From positions 288,001 to 352,000 of the forward strand of contig JBAXAI010000001.1 in the NCBI GenBank assembly GCA_037142615.1: a stretch of 64,000 nt of DNA, read 5' to 3'. The notes below the pieces were generated by a model. The model saw nothing but the letters and a program-made list of their open reading frames with translations, was not told where the DNA came from and searched no databases. This DNA comes from Spirochaetales bacterium. Lineage in GTDB: Bacteria; Spirochaetota; Spirochaetia; JABEVK01. The translations under genes were made by a program, and so were the position numbers. Each line of letters begins with the position of its first letter. Within the stretch, counting starts at the first letter, position 1. Positions 37,849 to 48,019 of this stretch are shown piece after piece.

Positions 37849-38136
37849 ATGGGAATTCGGGGCGAGGTCTTTTCCACAAAAACATCCACTGGGAAGCGGA
37901 CCTACTTCTTCAATATCAAGGAGAACCGGCACGGCGATCTTTTCCTCAACGTCGTTGAAAGCAAGAAGCAGGTCGACAGTTCGTTCGAACGGCATTCGAT
38001 GATCGTCTTTGAAGAGGATCTAGAGGTGTTTCTCGATGGCCTGAATCAGGCGGTGGCTTTCCTCAAGAGTGACCGCAGACCCTCAACCGCTAGTCCGAAG
38101 AGTGCCAGCGAAAGCTCAGACGGTGTTCGGGGCTAA
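37849..38136 (+). CDS. PUR-domain DNA/RNA-binding protein (DUF3276, BpuR-like)
   Basis: GEVFS....GKRTYFFNIKENR.GD.FLN.VESK......FERHS..VFEED closely matches the PUR repeat. Confidence 0.9.
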   Translation: MGIRGEVFSTKTSTGKRTYFFNIKENRHGDLFLNVVESKKQVDSSFERHSMIVFEEDLEVFLDGLNQAVAFLKSDRRPSTASPKSASESSDGVRG

Positions 38137-38662
38137 GTCCATGTCGGCGCAACATCTCACGGTGGTGCACAGTCGGGTAGCCTTTGTGCAGCGCAAAGCC
38201 ATATTGGGGGTAGAGCGCATCCAGCTTAAGCATCTGCGCGTCTCTGCTCACCTTGGCAAGTATTGACGCCGCCGAGATACAGGGTTCGAGGGCGTCACCA
38301 CGGACGATGGCACGGCATGGAAACGGAACAATCGGACAGTGAAGCCCGTCAATCAGGCCGAGCTCAGGCTTGACGCCTGGAAAACGAATCCCAAGGTCGA
38401 ACCAAGCCCGTTCCATGGCCCGAAGGCTCGCTTGCAGAATGTTGAGCTCATCAATCTCCCGTGGGGTGCAGGTCGCGATTCCCCAGGCCAGGGCAGTTGA
38501 CTGGATTCGTTGCGCTTGGATCATTCGATTCTTCGGGTTCAGCACCTTGCTGTCTCCCAGGCCCTTCGGATCAAAGTCGGGCCCTAGGACTACACAGGCT
38601 GCTGTCACGGGTCCGGCCAAGGGTCCCCGTCCGGCTTCATCAAAGCCACAAGTCACAATCAT
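38090..38662 (-). CDS. rnhB: Ribonuclease HII
   Basis: GFDEAGRGPLAGPV, DSK, IDG, GD...ISAASILAKV.RD, HKGYPT..H, HRLSF. Confidence 0.95.
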   Translation of the reverse strand: MIVTCGFDEAGRGPLAGPVTAACVVLGPDFDPKGLGDSKVLNPKNRMIQAQRIQSTALAWGIATCTPREIDELNILQASLRAMERAWFDLGIRFPGVKPELGLIDGLHCPIVPFPCRAIVRGDALEPCISAASILAKVSRDAQMLKLDALYPQYGFALHKGYPTVHHREMLRRHGLSPEHRLSFRWHSSD

Positions 38663-38738
38663 TGCGCTTTTTCCTTCACGATGGTAGATTGAAGTCCAAG
38701 TCGCGTCGTCTATCAAGTCCTCTGCCCGGGAGCCTTCC

Positions 38739-41531
38739 TTGTTTTTGAAAAGTATGGAAATTTTCGGCTTCAAATCCTTTGCCGATCGGGCCCGAATCGA
38801 GTTTACCCCAGGTATTACAGCTCTGCTGGGTCCCAACGGGTGCGGCAAGAGCAATGTTGTCGATGCCATCAAATGGGTGTTGGGCGAACAAGCCAGCAGG
38901 TCGCTGCGTGCCGAAAAAATGGAAGACGTGATCTTCAATGGCACGGACCAGAGAAAAGCTCTCAACGTCGCCGAAGTCACGCTCACAGTTTCGAACGAGA
39001 CCCAGGTCCTTGCCCTTGACCTTCCCGAAATCAGCATCAAGCGCCGTCTGTATCGTTCAGGTGAGAGCGAGTACTTCATCAATAACACCGTTGTTCGGCT
39101 CAAAGAAGTCCGTGAACTGTTCTACGACACAGGCGTCGGCAAGTCCGCCTACTCGGTGATGGAACAGGGCCGCATCGACCAGATTCTCTCCAACAAACCC
39201 GAGGAACGGCGGTACCTGTTTGAAGAGGCAGCCGGCATTACCAAATACAAGGCCCGCGGGCAGGAAGCCGAAAGGCGTTTGGAAAAGACCGAGGAGAACC
39301 TCAGGCAGCTGGAAGGTATCCTTGGCGAGCTTCGTCATAGTTGGGAATCCCTGAAGAAACAAAGCGAGAGGACCTTGTCGTTTCGCGGGCTCAAGAAGGA
39401 GCTCTTCACGCTCGAGAAAGACCAGCAACTCCATCGATGGAAGGCGCTTCTCGATCAGAAAGCGCAACAGACCGAGAAGTCAGAGGCGGCGATTTCGCGA
39501 AAAATCCAGGCCAAGTTGGAACTCGACGAGCTGAACACCAGTTTGTCCTCGGGCATGCAGGATGTGAACCGTCTGGAGTCGCAGCAGTTTGAACTGCAAA
39601 AGACTCTGCTGGAGCTCGATCTCGAGCGGAAGGGCCTTCATCAGCAAGGAGACCTTCAGCGGGAACGTTTATCGGTCTACAGGCAGGACGCCCATCGGCA
39701 CGCGGCACAAGCAGAAGCTATCGGGTCCAGACTGGCTGAACTTCAGGCTGCGGCGCTCGACAAACAGGCCGAGGCCGAGTCTGTTCGGCTGGAACTGTTG
39801 GCTTGCCGTTCCAACATGGAAGAGTATTCACTTGCGCTGGAGTCGGCACGTATTGCCGTTGCCGACCATGAGTCTGCCATTCGGGCAGCTGAGCAGCAGG
39901 CCGCCGAACTGGAGTCCTTGGACTCTCAGCGCCAAGATCAATGGCGCGAACTGACCGACGTGCTGGTTCAAGAACTCGACCAGCGTCTCAAGGACGACGG
40001 GTTTGCCTGGCACCAGCTTCCAGGTCTCACGACACAAATGGAAGCCACCTTGGAGTCGCTCAAGGTTCTCCTTCGAGGTCGCTCTGATCATTTGGGCCTA
40101 CTGCTCCAGACTCCGGCCTCAGGGGCGTGGGAACAGGTGGTGACGCAGGTTCGAACATCACTTGAGGAAGCCGTTGCCCAGATCGTCGGGTTCGAGCACG
40201 ACTGGGAAACCTACAAGGGTGCTGTTCCGCAGTTTCTAGGCGAGTTTTTGGCGCCCGAGGGCATCCTTACCCAGAAACGCGACTTGGAACTCCTTCTTGC
40301 GGGCGGGCGGGCCGAATGGAAACTTCAAAAGGAAGTCATCCGGCAGCGGCAGACTGACCGCGAACTCGCCAGTCAGTTGATCGAAACCCACCGCACGACG
40401 CTCGAGAGTCTGAGGATGAATGAAGTCCGGATGGTAGCCAGAGCAACCTCTGCGACCGAAAGCCTGCAAAGGTTAACGCAGGAGTCCGCATCCCAGGAGG
40501 TCCAGCTCACTTCGACTCTTGCCGAGCAGGCCGCGATAGAGGGCAAAATCACGCTTTGCCTTGGGGACCTCTCGACCCTGGAACAACGGGTTTCCCAACT
40601 TGGTGACCGTGAGAAAACTGTCCAGACGGCCGTCGAAACCTCCCGACACGACTTGGAATCGAGAAACAAAGCCTTGGCCGGACGACAGATCGAACTGCAA
40701 CGGCAACTTGAAAAAGTCAATTCTGTTCAGGCTGACCTCGAGGCGCTTCAAATGTCCCAAGTTCGAGTCGACACCGAAGTCCAAGGTTTGCTTGATCATT
40801 TCCGGGACAAACACTCGGTTGGGCTCGACGAGTTCTCTTCCGAGCTTACGGGCCTCTCTGCCCAGGGTGACTGGAAGGACCTCGTCTCCCAGAAGAAAGA
40901 GGAACTCCGGCTCCTTGGACAGATTAACCTGCTGGCCGTCGAAGAGTTCGCCGAGATCGATCAACGGCACCAGTTTCTGCAGGGGCAGATCAACGACCTC
41001 AGAAAAGCCAAGGACGACCTTCAGAAGGTGACCACCGAGATCCGAAAAGAGTCCACCCAGCTCTTTTCGGACGCCTTCGAACAGATCCGCATCAACTTCA
41101 ACACGACTTTCAGGCGTCTATTCGGGGGGGGGCGAGCGGAACTCCGACTCACCGAACCCGAGACAGTTCTCGAGTCGGGAATTGAGATGCTCTGCCAACC
41201 CCCTGGAAAGAAGCTCGAAAGCATCAACCTCCTCTCTGGCGGCGAAAAGTCGATGACTGCGGTTGCGCTGCTATTCGCGACCTTCATGGTGCGACCCTCG
41301 CCATTCTGTATTCTCGACGAGATCGACGCGGCCCTTGACGAAGCCAATGTCAGCCGTTTCGTCGCCATGCTGACGGAGTTCTCTCATCGTTCTCAGTTTG
41401 TTGTCATCACGCACAATAAGAAAACGGTCACCGGGTCAACAACGATGATCGGGGTCACCATGGAGAGTCCTGGCGTCTCCACGATCCTTGCGGTTCGGTT
41501 GGCAAGCGATCCTGTGGAGGCTTCGGCGTGA
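38739..41531 (+). CDS. smc: Chromosome segregation protein SMC (short, 930 aa)
   Basis: GFKSF, GPNGCGKSN, Q-loop EQG, long coiled coil, LSGGEK, LDEIDAALD, ITH. Confidence 0.93.
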   Translation: MFLKSMEIFGFKSFADRARIEFTPGITALLGPNGCGKSNVVDAIKWVLGEQASRSLRAEKMEDVIFNGTDQRKALNVAEVTLTVSNETQVLALDLPEISIKRRLYRSGESEYFINNTVVRLKEVRELFYDTGVGKSAYSVMEQGRIDQILSNKPEERRYLFEEAAGITKYKARGQEAERRLEKTEENLRQLEGILGELRHSWESLKKQSERTLSFRGLKKELFTLEKDQQLHRWKALLDQKAQQTEKSEAAISRKIQAKLELDELNTSLSSGMQDVNRLESQQFELQKTLLELDLERKGLHQQGDLQRERLSVYRQDAHRHAAQAEAIGSRLAELQAAALDKQAEAESVRLELLACRSNMEEYSLALESARIAVADHESAIRAAEQQAAELESLDSQRQDQWRELTDVLVQELDQRLKDDGFAWHQLPGLTTQMEATLESLKVLLRGRSDHLGLLLQTPASGAWEQVVTQVRTSLEEAVAQIVGFEHDWETYKGAVPQFLGEFLAPEGILTQKRDLELLLAGGRAEWKLQKEVIRQRQTDRELASQLIETHRTTLESLRMNEVRMVARATSATESLQRLTQESASQEVQLTSTLAEQAAIEGKITLCLGDLSTLEQRVSQLGDREKTVQTAVETSRHDLESRNKALAGRQIELQRQLEKVNSVQADLEALQMSQVRVDTEVQGLLDHFRDKHSVGLDEFSSELTGLSAQGDWKDLVSQKKEELRLLGQINLLAVEEFAEIDQRHQFLQGQINDLRKAKDDLQKVTTEIRKESTQLFSDAFEQIRINFNTTFRRLFGGGRAELRLTEPETVLESGIEMLCQPPGKKLESINLLSGGEKSMTAVALLFATFMVRPSPFCILDEIDAALDEANVSRFVAMLTEFSHRSQFVVITHNKKTVTGSTTMIGVTMESPGVSTILAVRLASDPVEASA

Positions 41532-41923
41532 AACGGGGCACTAAGAGGCTTATCACCCGCAAAGAATGGCGACTTTTCTGGATCGTCTCTTTGGGTCTCT
41601 CGGCGCTGGCGGGTGGTGGCACGGCTACCTATCTGTTTCTCAACAAGCCCGAAGAGCCCAAAAACCAACTCCCATCGCAGTCTCCTTTCAAGCAGAACAT
41701 CGACGACACCATTCCCGATGCCCTGGGCCTGAAGGATTTTGTCTTCGCTGCACCGGGAGGTCAGTGGTTGACGCGTTCGTGGCTGTACAGCCGACAGGGG
41801 GCCCAAAAGTGGACTCCTGCCGAGATAGCGCCGTACTGGACTCCTGTCGAGCAAATCCCGCTCCTACAGTTGCCCGAAACCAATGACCAGTTGCTCGAAC
41901 GGTTCTTCGAGGATGTTCATTGA
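41528..41923 (+). CDS. Hypothetical single-TM protein
   Basis: GTGA overlap with smc; one TM helix; W..SR....KWT..EI..YW pattern resembling spirochaete smc-linked hypotheticals. Confidence 0.7.
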   Translation: MKRGTKRLITRKEWRLFWIVSLGLSALAGGGTATYLFLNKPEEPKNQLPSQSPFKQNIDDTIPDALGLKDFVFAAPGGQWLTRSWLYSRQGAQKWTPAEIAPYWTPVEQIPLLQLPETNDQLLERFFEDVH

Positions 41924-43362
41924 TGCGCACCGTTTTGCTGGCCCTAGTGCTGAGTTGTGCCTCTTGCGCAACGGTACTTCCTCGCCTGAGCCCGACCTCG
42001 CCACCGATGACGGTTGCGCCGTCCCCCTCTGAATGGCTTACCCCAGTAGTGGTGGCGCCGGTTCGCGCCTCAACCCCCGTTGCCCAACTGACTGTCATTG
42101 CGACCGGCCCCGTGTGGGTAAGGCCGACGCTTGTGCTACCGCCTCCTGTGCCGGTGATAATTCCGTTGCCATCTGTGGTCCAGCTTATTCCTGTTCAGGA
42201 AAGCCCGCCGGTCCCCAAGGTGCGCCAAGTTTCGGTGGCTCCCGCGTTGCTCCGCCCCAACCCCGTTGTGACGGTTGCAGCCCCAGCTGCCGTTGTTGTC
42301 GCCACACCCAAGACCACTTCGGCGACAACAGCGTCCACCAGTGCGACAACTTCGGCACTCGCTCCGGTAGTTGTCAAACCCTCTACCCAGCTGCCAGCGC
42401 CGGTCGATCCGTTCCAGACCCCCGGCCTACTTCCAGGTGCGGCGGCCGAGGCACAGGACTTTTCGTGGCAGGACATGAATATCAGCGTCGGTGAGACCCT
42501 GAGCTTGCACTTTCCCAAGGCCAACTGGTTGTATCTCGACTCTCCGGCCCAGCAGAAAATACTCGGCTACCAGTCGACAACCCGCGAAAAGGACGGGACA
42601 ACGTTTGCCTTCAAGCCAATGAGCATCGGCCAGTATATTCTCGAGTTTCAACGTCAGGATCTCGTGACACCGGCGACCGAGGTCAGACATGTGCGGGTGA
42701 AGGTGGCCGCCGCAGGGACAAAGACCGCGACTACTGGTACCGTGACAAACCCGCAGTCGACAACCGCCACCAACGATGCTGTCGAAGCCAGTCGCCGATT
42801 GGCCGCCGCAGGGAAGACGGCCGAGGCCGTCCAGCGCCTCCTTCAAAACTACCGGGAGCAAGATACCCGGACGAACCTCGAAATCGCCCGTCTGCTCGAA
42901 GAAGGCAATCAGACGACTGATGCACTGGACTACCTCGACAAAAACCTCACGCTTGACACCCCTGATCTCAAGGATTCGCTGGTTCTCGGCACCAGACTTG
43001 CCGTGAAGGTTCCAGCGAGCCAGAAGTTGCCAGCGTACGTGCGGCAATGGTTGACTTCGCCGGTGGCACCCCCTGAGGATGTCTACCTTTCGGTTCTGGC
43101 TTCCCTCAAAGACCAAAAGCTCACCACCCTCGCCAAGGACTGGCTGAGAGTCTACGACCTTTGGTACAAGGCACCCGTTTCCCGCGACCTGTACCTGTTT
43201 TTGACGGGGAACCTGCTCGAAGCACCGGGTGACCTGCTGAACATCAAGGAGGCCTACAAGGCCTATTCTGAGCTGGTTGCCAAGTATCCGCTCAGCGCGT
43301 ACTGGAGTGCGGCCGGTGAACGAGCTTCGTACCTCGGTCGCCATTTCCTTCAAGTACGGTGA
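41923..43362 (+). CDS. Putative lipoprotein with Pro/Thr/Val-rich linker and TPR/BamD-like C-terminus
   Basis: LLALVLSCASC lipobox-like; low-complexity linker; Y..LV.KYP.S.YW..A..R. Confidence 0.7.
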   Translation: MRTVLLALVLSCASCATVLPRLSPTSPPMTVAPSPSEWLTPVVVAPVRASTPVAQLTVIATGPVWVRPTLVLPPPVPVIIPLPSVVQLIPVQESPPVPKVRQVSVAPALLRPNPVVTVAAPAAVVVATPKTTSATTASTSATTSALAPVVVKPSTQLPAPVDPFQTPGLLPGAAAEAQDFSWQDMNISVGETLSLHFPKANWLYLDSPAQQKILGYQSTTREKDGTTFAFKPMSIGQYILEFQRQDLVTPATEVRHVRVKVAAAGTKTATTGTVTNPQSTTATNDAVEASRRLAAAGKTAEAVQRLLQNYREQDTRTNLEIARLLEEGNQTTDALDYLDKNLTLDTPDLKDSLVLGTRLAVKVPASQKLPAYVRQWLTSPVAPPEDVYLSVLASLKDQKLTTLAKDWLRVYDLWYKAPVSRDLYLFLTGNLLEAPGDLLNIKEAYKAYSELVAKYPLSAYWSAAGERASYLGRHFLQVR

Positions 43363-43407
43363 TTTGGGTTGACCTAGAGCGGTCGTTTGTACTATAAAAG
43401 TCCAGTT

Positions 43408-44742
43408 ATGTTCGACGGGCTGACGACGAAGTTTTCCGACATTTTACGATCTCTTTCCGGCAAAGGCGCCATCACTGAAAAGAACGTTCAGGACATGGTT
43501 GAGGAAATCAAGGTTGCCTTGATCGAAGCCGACGTCAACCTACGGGTTGTCAGGCGCTTCATCAACCAGACTTTGGAAGAAGCCAAGGGTTCGCTGGTCG
43601 TCCGTTCGGTCAATCCCGGTCAGCAGTTCGTCAAGATTCTGCACGACAAAATGGTCAAGCTTCTCGGTGACGTCAAGACTGACCTGACTTTGCGTGGTCC
43701 GGACACTGTCAGTACCATCTTGCTTCTGGGGCTTCAAGGGGCAGGCAAGACCACCACCGTGGCCAAGCTGGCCGCACGGCTCAAAAAGCAAGGCCGAAAG
43801 GTGCTTTTGGTTGCCGCCGACCTCCAGCGCCCCGCAGCCATCGATCAGCTTTCCATTTTGGGAACCTCCATCGAGGTTGAGGTTTACCGCGAAAGCACGA
43901 AGAATCCTGTCGATGTTGTCAAAAATGCGCTGAAGCACGCCAAGAAGAACCTTTTTGACACCGTCATCGTCGACACCGCTGGTCGGTTGCAAATCGACAC
44001 GGGGCTCATGGACGAACTGGTTCAGATCAAGAAAGCCGCTGACCCCGTAGAGTGCTTGCTGGTCGCCGACGCGATGACCGGGCAAAACGCCGTTGAGATC
44101 GCCCAAGCCTTCGACGAAAAAGTCGGCATCACCGGAATAATTCTTACCAAGTTTGACTCTGACACCCGGGGTGGTGCAGCTCTTTCGCTCAAGACGATCA
44201 CCGGCAAACCCATCGTCTTCGTCGGTATGGGCGAAAAGATCGAAAACCTCGACGTTTTCTACCCTGAGCGGTTTGCAAGCCGCATTTTGGGCATGGGTGA
44301 CGTTGTTTCGCTCGTTGAGAAGGCTCAGGAAAACTTCGATGCAACCGAGGCCCTGGGGCTCCAGCAGAAAATGGCTGGTGGCACTTTTACCCTCGAAGAC
44401 TATCTGGAACAGTTTCGAAAGGTCCGCAAAATGGGGTCGATGCAGCAGTTGGTGGCCATGGTTCCTGGACTCGCCGGGCAGGTCGATGCGGGAGCCATCG
44501 ACGAGGGGGCCATCAAGAAGGAAGAGGCCATCATCCTTTCGATGACGAAAAAAGAAAGGAAGAATCCGCTCATCTTGGGCCCGGTCCGCCGCAAGCGGAT
44601 CGCCAATGGCTCGGGAACCTCCATTTTTGATGTGAACCAGTTACTGAAGAAGTTCGAGAAGACCAAATTGATGATGAAAAAGGTCGCGCGGAACAAAGGC
44701 ATGCAGAATCAGATGATGCAACAGTTCGGCGGCATGAAGTGA
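43408..44742 (+). CDS. ffh: Signal recognition particle protein
   Basis: ALIEADV, GLQGAGKTT, DTAGR, TKFDSDTRGG, Met-rich M domain. Confidence 0.97.
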   Translation: MFDGLTTKFSDILRSLSGKGAITEKNVQDMVEEIKVALIEADVNLRVVRRFINQTLEEAKGSLVVRSVNPGQQFVKILHDKMVKLLGDVKTDLTLRGPDTVSTILLLGLQGAGKTTTVAKLAARLKKQGRKVLLVAADLQRPAAIDQLSILGTSIEVEVYRESTKNPVDVVKNALKHAKKNLFDTVIVDTAGRLQIDTGLMDELVQIKKAADPVECLLVADAMTGQNAVEIAQAFDEKVGITGIILTKFDSDTRGGAALSLKTITGKPIVFVGMGEKIENLDVFYPERFASRILGMGDVVSLVEKAQENFDATEALGLQQKMAGGTFTLEDYLEQFRKVRKMGSMQQLVAMVPGLAGQVDAGAIDEGAIKKEEAIILSMTKKERKNPLILGPVRRKRIANGSGTSIFDVNQLLKKFEKTKLMMKKVARNKGMQNQMMQQFGGMK

Positions 44743-44755
44743 ACAAGGAGGAACG

Positions 44756-45004
44756 ATGAGCGTTTCCATTCGCCTGAAGAGATTCGGCGCCAAGAAGCGT
44801 CCCTATTACCGGATCGTGGTAACCAATTCCACAGCTCCGCGGGACGGAAAGACCATTGAGGAAGTAGGCTACTACCACCCGGTGGAAAAAGAAGGTCAGG
44901 TCAGTTTCAAGGCCGACCGGATCCGGGAATGGCTTTCCAAGGGTGCGCAGTTGTCACCGACGGTCAAGAGCCTTCTCAACAAGAGCCAGTTCTTTCTCTC
45001 CTGA
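44756..45004 (+). CDS. rpsP: 30S ribosomal protein S16
   Basis: IRLKRFGAKKRPYYRIVV..S..PRDG. Confidence 0.98.
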   Translation: MSVSIRLKRFGAKKRPYYRIVVTNSTAPRDGKTIEEVGYYHPVEKEGQVSFKADRIREWLSKGAQLSPTVKSLLNKSQFFLS

Positions 45005-45032
45005 GGAAAGATTCCGGTAAGGGAGATTTCAA

Positions 45033-45266
45033 GTGGAAAAAGACCTGGTGGAGTACATTGCCAAGACACTGGTAGACGAACCTTCCGAAGTGGTTGTCAA
45101 TCAGATCGAAGGCGAAAAGTCAACGATTCTCGAACTCCGTGTTGCAGCGGACGACCTTGGCAAAGTGATCGGTAAGCATGGCCGGATTGCCAAAGCCATC
45201 CGCACCGTCCTGAGCGCGTCGTCGACCCGTACCGGGAAGCGCTTCGTGCTCGAGATTCTGGACTGA
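45033..45266 (+). CDS. khpA: KH-domain RNA-binding protein KhpA/YlqC
   Basis: LVDEP, DLGKVIGKHGRIAKAIR. Confidence 0.93.
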   Translation: MEKDLVEYIAKTLVDEPSEVVVNQIEGEKSTILELRVAADDLGKVIGKHGRIAKAIRTVLSASSTRTGKRFVLEILD

Positions 45267-45281
45267 GGGTTCTGAAAGCCC

Positions 45282-45791
45282 ATGGTACCTGAGGACTTTG
45301 TCGCCATCGGAAAGATTCGAACCGCTCACGGTCTGCTGGGTGAGGTCAAACTCGTCAGCTACTCCGGCGAATGGAAGCACTTTGAACGTCTGACCGAAGC
45401 GTTGGCGGTCAAAGGCGCGGTGGAGCGGACGCTGCTGGTAGAGTCCAGTCGCTGGGCCGGCGACAACTTGCTGATGAAGTTCCGGGGGATCGAACAACCC
45501 GAGGAAGCCAAGAGGCTGGCCGATTTGGAGCTCTGGGTTCCTAAGAACTTGGCGGCACCCTTGGCGCCAGGCGAGGTTTACCTCAAGGACCTGATCGGTT
45601 GCCAGTTGGTATTTGAGGGTAGGTCCGTCGCGACCGTCACCAGTTATCTGGAAGGCGGGCATACGGAACTGCTAGAAGTGGAAAAGTCCGAGGGGGGTGC
45701 CGCCGTGGTGCCCTACGCGGACCGGTATTTGGGAAACATCGACTTGACCGGTCGGACAATCGAACTCAAGGTGGACTGGATCCTGGAATGA
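45282..45791 (+). CDS. rimM: Ribosome maturation factor RimM
   Basis: IGKI..AHGL.GEVK, Y..DLIG, position between khpA and trmD. Confidence 0.93.
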   Translation: MVPEDFVAIGKIRTAHGLLGEVKLVSYSGEWKHFERLTEALAVKGAVERTLLVESSRWAGDNLLMKFRGIEQPEEAKRLADLELWVPKNLAAPLAPGEVYLKDLIGCQLVFEGRSVATVTSYLEGGHTELLEVEKSEGGAAVVPYADRYLGNIDLTGRTIELKVDWILE

Positions 45792-45801
45792 GGACCACCC
45801 C

Positions 45802-46470
45802 GTGAAGTTTACCGTCCTGAGTCTGTTTCCCGAGATCTTGGAAGGCTTTTTTCAGTCCTCACTGATGAAAAAGGCCGTGGAAAGAGGTTTGGTTGCCATC
45901 GAGTTCGTGAATATCCGTGACTTTGCCACGGACAAACACCGAACGTGCGATGACATCCCTTATGGTGGTGGCGCAGGTATGGTTCTGAAACCGGAACCTC
46001 TGGCAAGAGCCCTGGATTCTGTGGGGGCTGGCCAGAAAAGAACCCTCTATCCGACACCGTCCGGACGTCTGTTCAAGCAGGCGACCGCTCAGGAACTGGC
46101 TGCGGAAGAAGAACTCGTCTTCATCTGTGGCCGGTATGAAGGAATTGACCAGAGAATCATTGACGAATATGTCGATGACGAAATTTCTTTGGGGGACTAT
46201 GTGATGTCTTCCGGAGAGATCGCGACTTTGGTTATCATCGATGCGGTGTACAGGTTGCGTGAAGGGGTTATCAAGGCGCATTCGCTAGAGGAAGAGAGTT
46301 TCTCTGGCGGGTTCCTTCTTGAGTATCCGCAATACACGCGGCCGGAGTTGTTCCGCGAGCGGACGGTTCCTGAGGTGCTTCTTTCGGGGCACCACAAGAA
46401 CATTTTGCAGTGGCGCAGTACACAGAGCCTCGAAAAAACAAAACGTTTGCGACCCGACTTGTTGGGTTGA
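45802..46470 (+). CDS. trmD: tRNA (guanine-N1)-methyltransferase
   Basis: [35 protein letters not shown]. Confidence 0.97.
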   Translation: MKFTVLSLFPEILEGFFQSSLMKKAVERGLVAIEFVNIRDFATDKHRTCDDIPYGGGAGMVLKPEPLARALDSVGAGQKRTLYPTPSGRLFKQATAQELAAEEELVFICGRYEGIDQRIIDEYVDDEISLGDYVMSSGEIATLVIIDAVYRLREGVIKAHSLEEESFSGGFLLEYPQYTRPELFRERTVPEVLLSGHHKNILQWRSTQSLEKTKRLRPDLLG

Positions 46471-46502
46471 TGTGTGACACAGAGACTGCAGAGGAGGATG
46501 AC

Positions 46503-46862
46503 ATGGACATCATCAAGGCGCTGGAATCAAGCCAGTTGCGCGAACTGACCCCTTTTTCCATCGGGGACCTGATCAAGGTGCATTTTAAGATTGTCGAAGG
46601 CAAGACTGAGCGAGTGCAGGTGTACGAAGGCACCGTCATTGCCATGAACCATGGGGGGGTCCGCAAGACTTTCACCGTGCGGAAAATTTCGTTCGGCGTG
46701 GGCGTGGAGCGTGTGTTCCCCTACCACTCACCCCGGATCGACATGGTTGAGCTTGTTCGTCCCGGGCGAGTCCGCCGTGCCAAGCTGTACTACCTGCGTG
46801 AACGCGTCGGTAAGTCGGCCAAGGTAAAGGAACTGATCAAGAAAAAGGTCGTCGCAGAATAG
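46503..46862 (+). CDS. rplS: 50S ribosomal protein L19
   Basis: [26 protein letters not shown]; GAGGAGG RBS. Confidence 0.98.
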   Translation: MDIIKALESSQLRELTPFSIGDLIKVHFKIVEGKTERVQVYEGTVIAMNHGGVRKTFTVRKISFGVGVERVFPYHSPRIDMVELVRPGRVRRAKLYYLRERVGKSAKVKELIKKKVVAE

Positions 46863-46875
46863 AGTCGCGAGCATC

Positions 46876-47772
46876 GTGAACGAAGTTTCCGGTGTGATTT
46901 CCGTCCCCCTGGCCCCCGGTTCTCCGCGGATTCAGGGGGACGTTCTTTTGGTAAAAGTTCTTGTCCGCTTGGGCCACGATACGTGGCGAGTTGAACAGGG
47001 GTCTCTCCAACTCACCATCAAGACCTCCTCAGACCTGGTTCCCGGACAGCAGGTCAAGCTTCGTCTGGTTGGGCTCGGCTCCAGGCCGATATTGTCTGAA
47101 CCGGCACTTCCATTCGGCCAGCCTCACTTAGGTGCCGCGACAGCAACGTTTGTCGCCCAGGGACTGACCTTGCTGCCAGAAAGGCTCAGGGCACTTGAAC
47201 GATGGTGGAAAACCACGTCCTGGGTACCCGGCCCGGAAAGTGATACGTGGGGAAGGGCCTGGGAATCCCGCCGATGGCCCGAGAATGGGCCCGGTAGTGA
47301 CAATCTCTTGTCGTGGATCGTCTGGGAACAAAACCTGCTTCGTGGTCAGGCAGAACCCCCACCTTCTCAGGACGGCTTCTGGGAACTCTGGAACAGCGTT
47401 CCTACTGTGGGTTCCCAACGCTGGGTTACCTGCCCATTCCAGTGGAGCATCGGGACCGACACCGGATGGGCCCTTCTGAAAGCCGCCATTGAACCATGGC
47501 GCTCAGAGATCCACTACTGGACCGTCGTGGCTGCTCCTGCCCATCACCCGGTTCGCCTTTCCGCGCGGAAGCAGAACCCTGGCTGGATCGTGCAACTTCA
47601 ACTCTTGGGTTTAGAAGATTACCAGAAGGCGGTTTCCAGCTGGCGCGATTGGACGAAAGGAATCCTCGCCGAGTCGCCGGAATTGTCTCTCGAGCTCGCC
47701 GGCCCAACAACGCCGACCTTGGCAGCAGAGGTTGTCTTTAGGCAAACGGGTGGTGTCGATGAAGTCCGATGA
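46876..47772 (+). CDS. Hypothetical Trp-rich protein (position equivalent to YlqG/FliK-like genes)
   Basis: ORF fills the gap between rplS and the FlhB-like gene; ends GGVDEVR; function inferred from position only. Confidence 0.6.
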   Translation: MNEVSGVISVPLAPGSPRIQGDVLLVKVLVRLGHDTWRVEQGSLQLTIKTSSDLVPGQQVKLRLVGLGSRPILSEPALPFGQPHLGAATATFVAQGLTLLPERLRALERWWKTTSWVPGPESDTWGRAWESRRWPENGPGSDNLLSWIVWEQNLLRGQAEPPPSQDGFWELWNSVPTVGSQRWVTCPFQWSIGTDTGWALLKAAIEPWRSEIHYWTVVAAPAHHPVRLSARKQNPGWIVQLQLLGLEDYQKAVSSWRDWTKGILAESPELSLELAGPTTPTLAAEVVFRQTGGVDEVR

Positions 47773-48019
47773 GCTAGTAGTAGGCGTCAAGTACATTCCA
47801 TCGGAGCCGGCCCCACGGCTTCTGTTCCGGGCCAAGGGCGAGCAGGCGCGGCGGATTCTGCTCCTTGCCAAGGAGTTTGGCGTGCCCATACGTTCAGAGG
47901 AACAACTAACGCCCTTGCTGTACCAACTCCCCGAAGGATCATGGATTCCAGAACGGCACTTTGAAGTTCTTGCTCAACTGCTGGCGGCAGTCTATCATCT
48001 AAAGCAGTCTCCAAAATGA
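47759..48019 (+). CDS. FlhB C-terminal-like (EscU/YscU/YlqH-type) small protein
   Basis: Y....PAPR....KGE.A.RI...AKE.GVPI, IPE..FE..A..LA.VY. Confidence 0.85.
   Translation: MKSDELVVGVKYIPSEPAPRLLFRAKGEQARRILLLAKEFGVPIRSEEQLTPLLYQLPEGSWIPERHFEVLAQLLAAVYHLKQSPK

Noticed and set aside
42000-42430. Pro/Val/Thr low-complexity stretch (also 51040-51190) as a tandem repeat or contingency locus
   Set aside because: No regular nucleotide repeat unit; ordinary lipoprotein linker.
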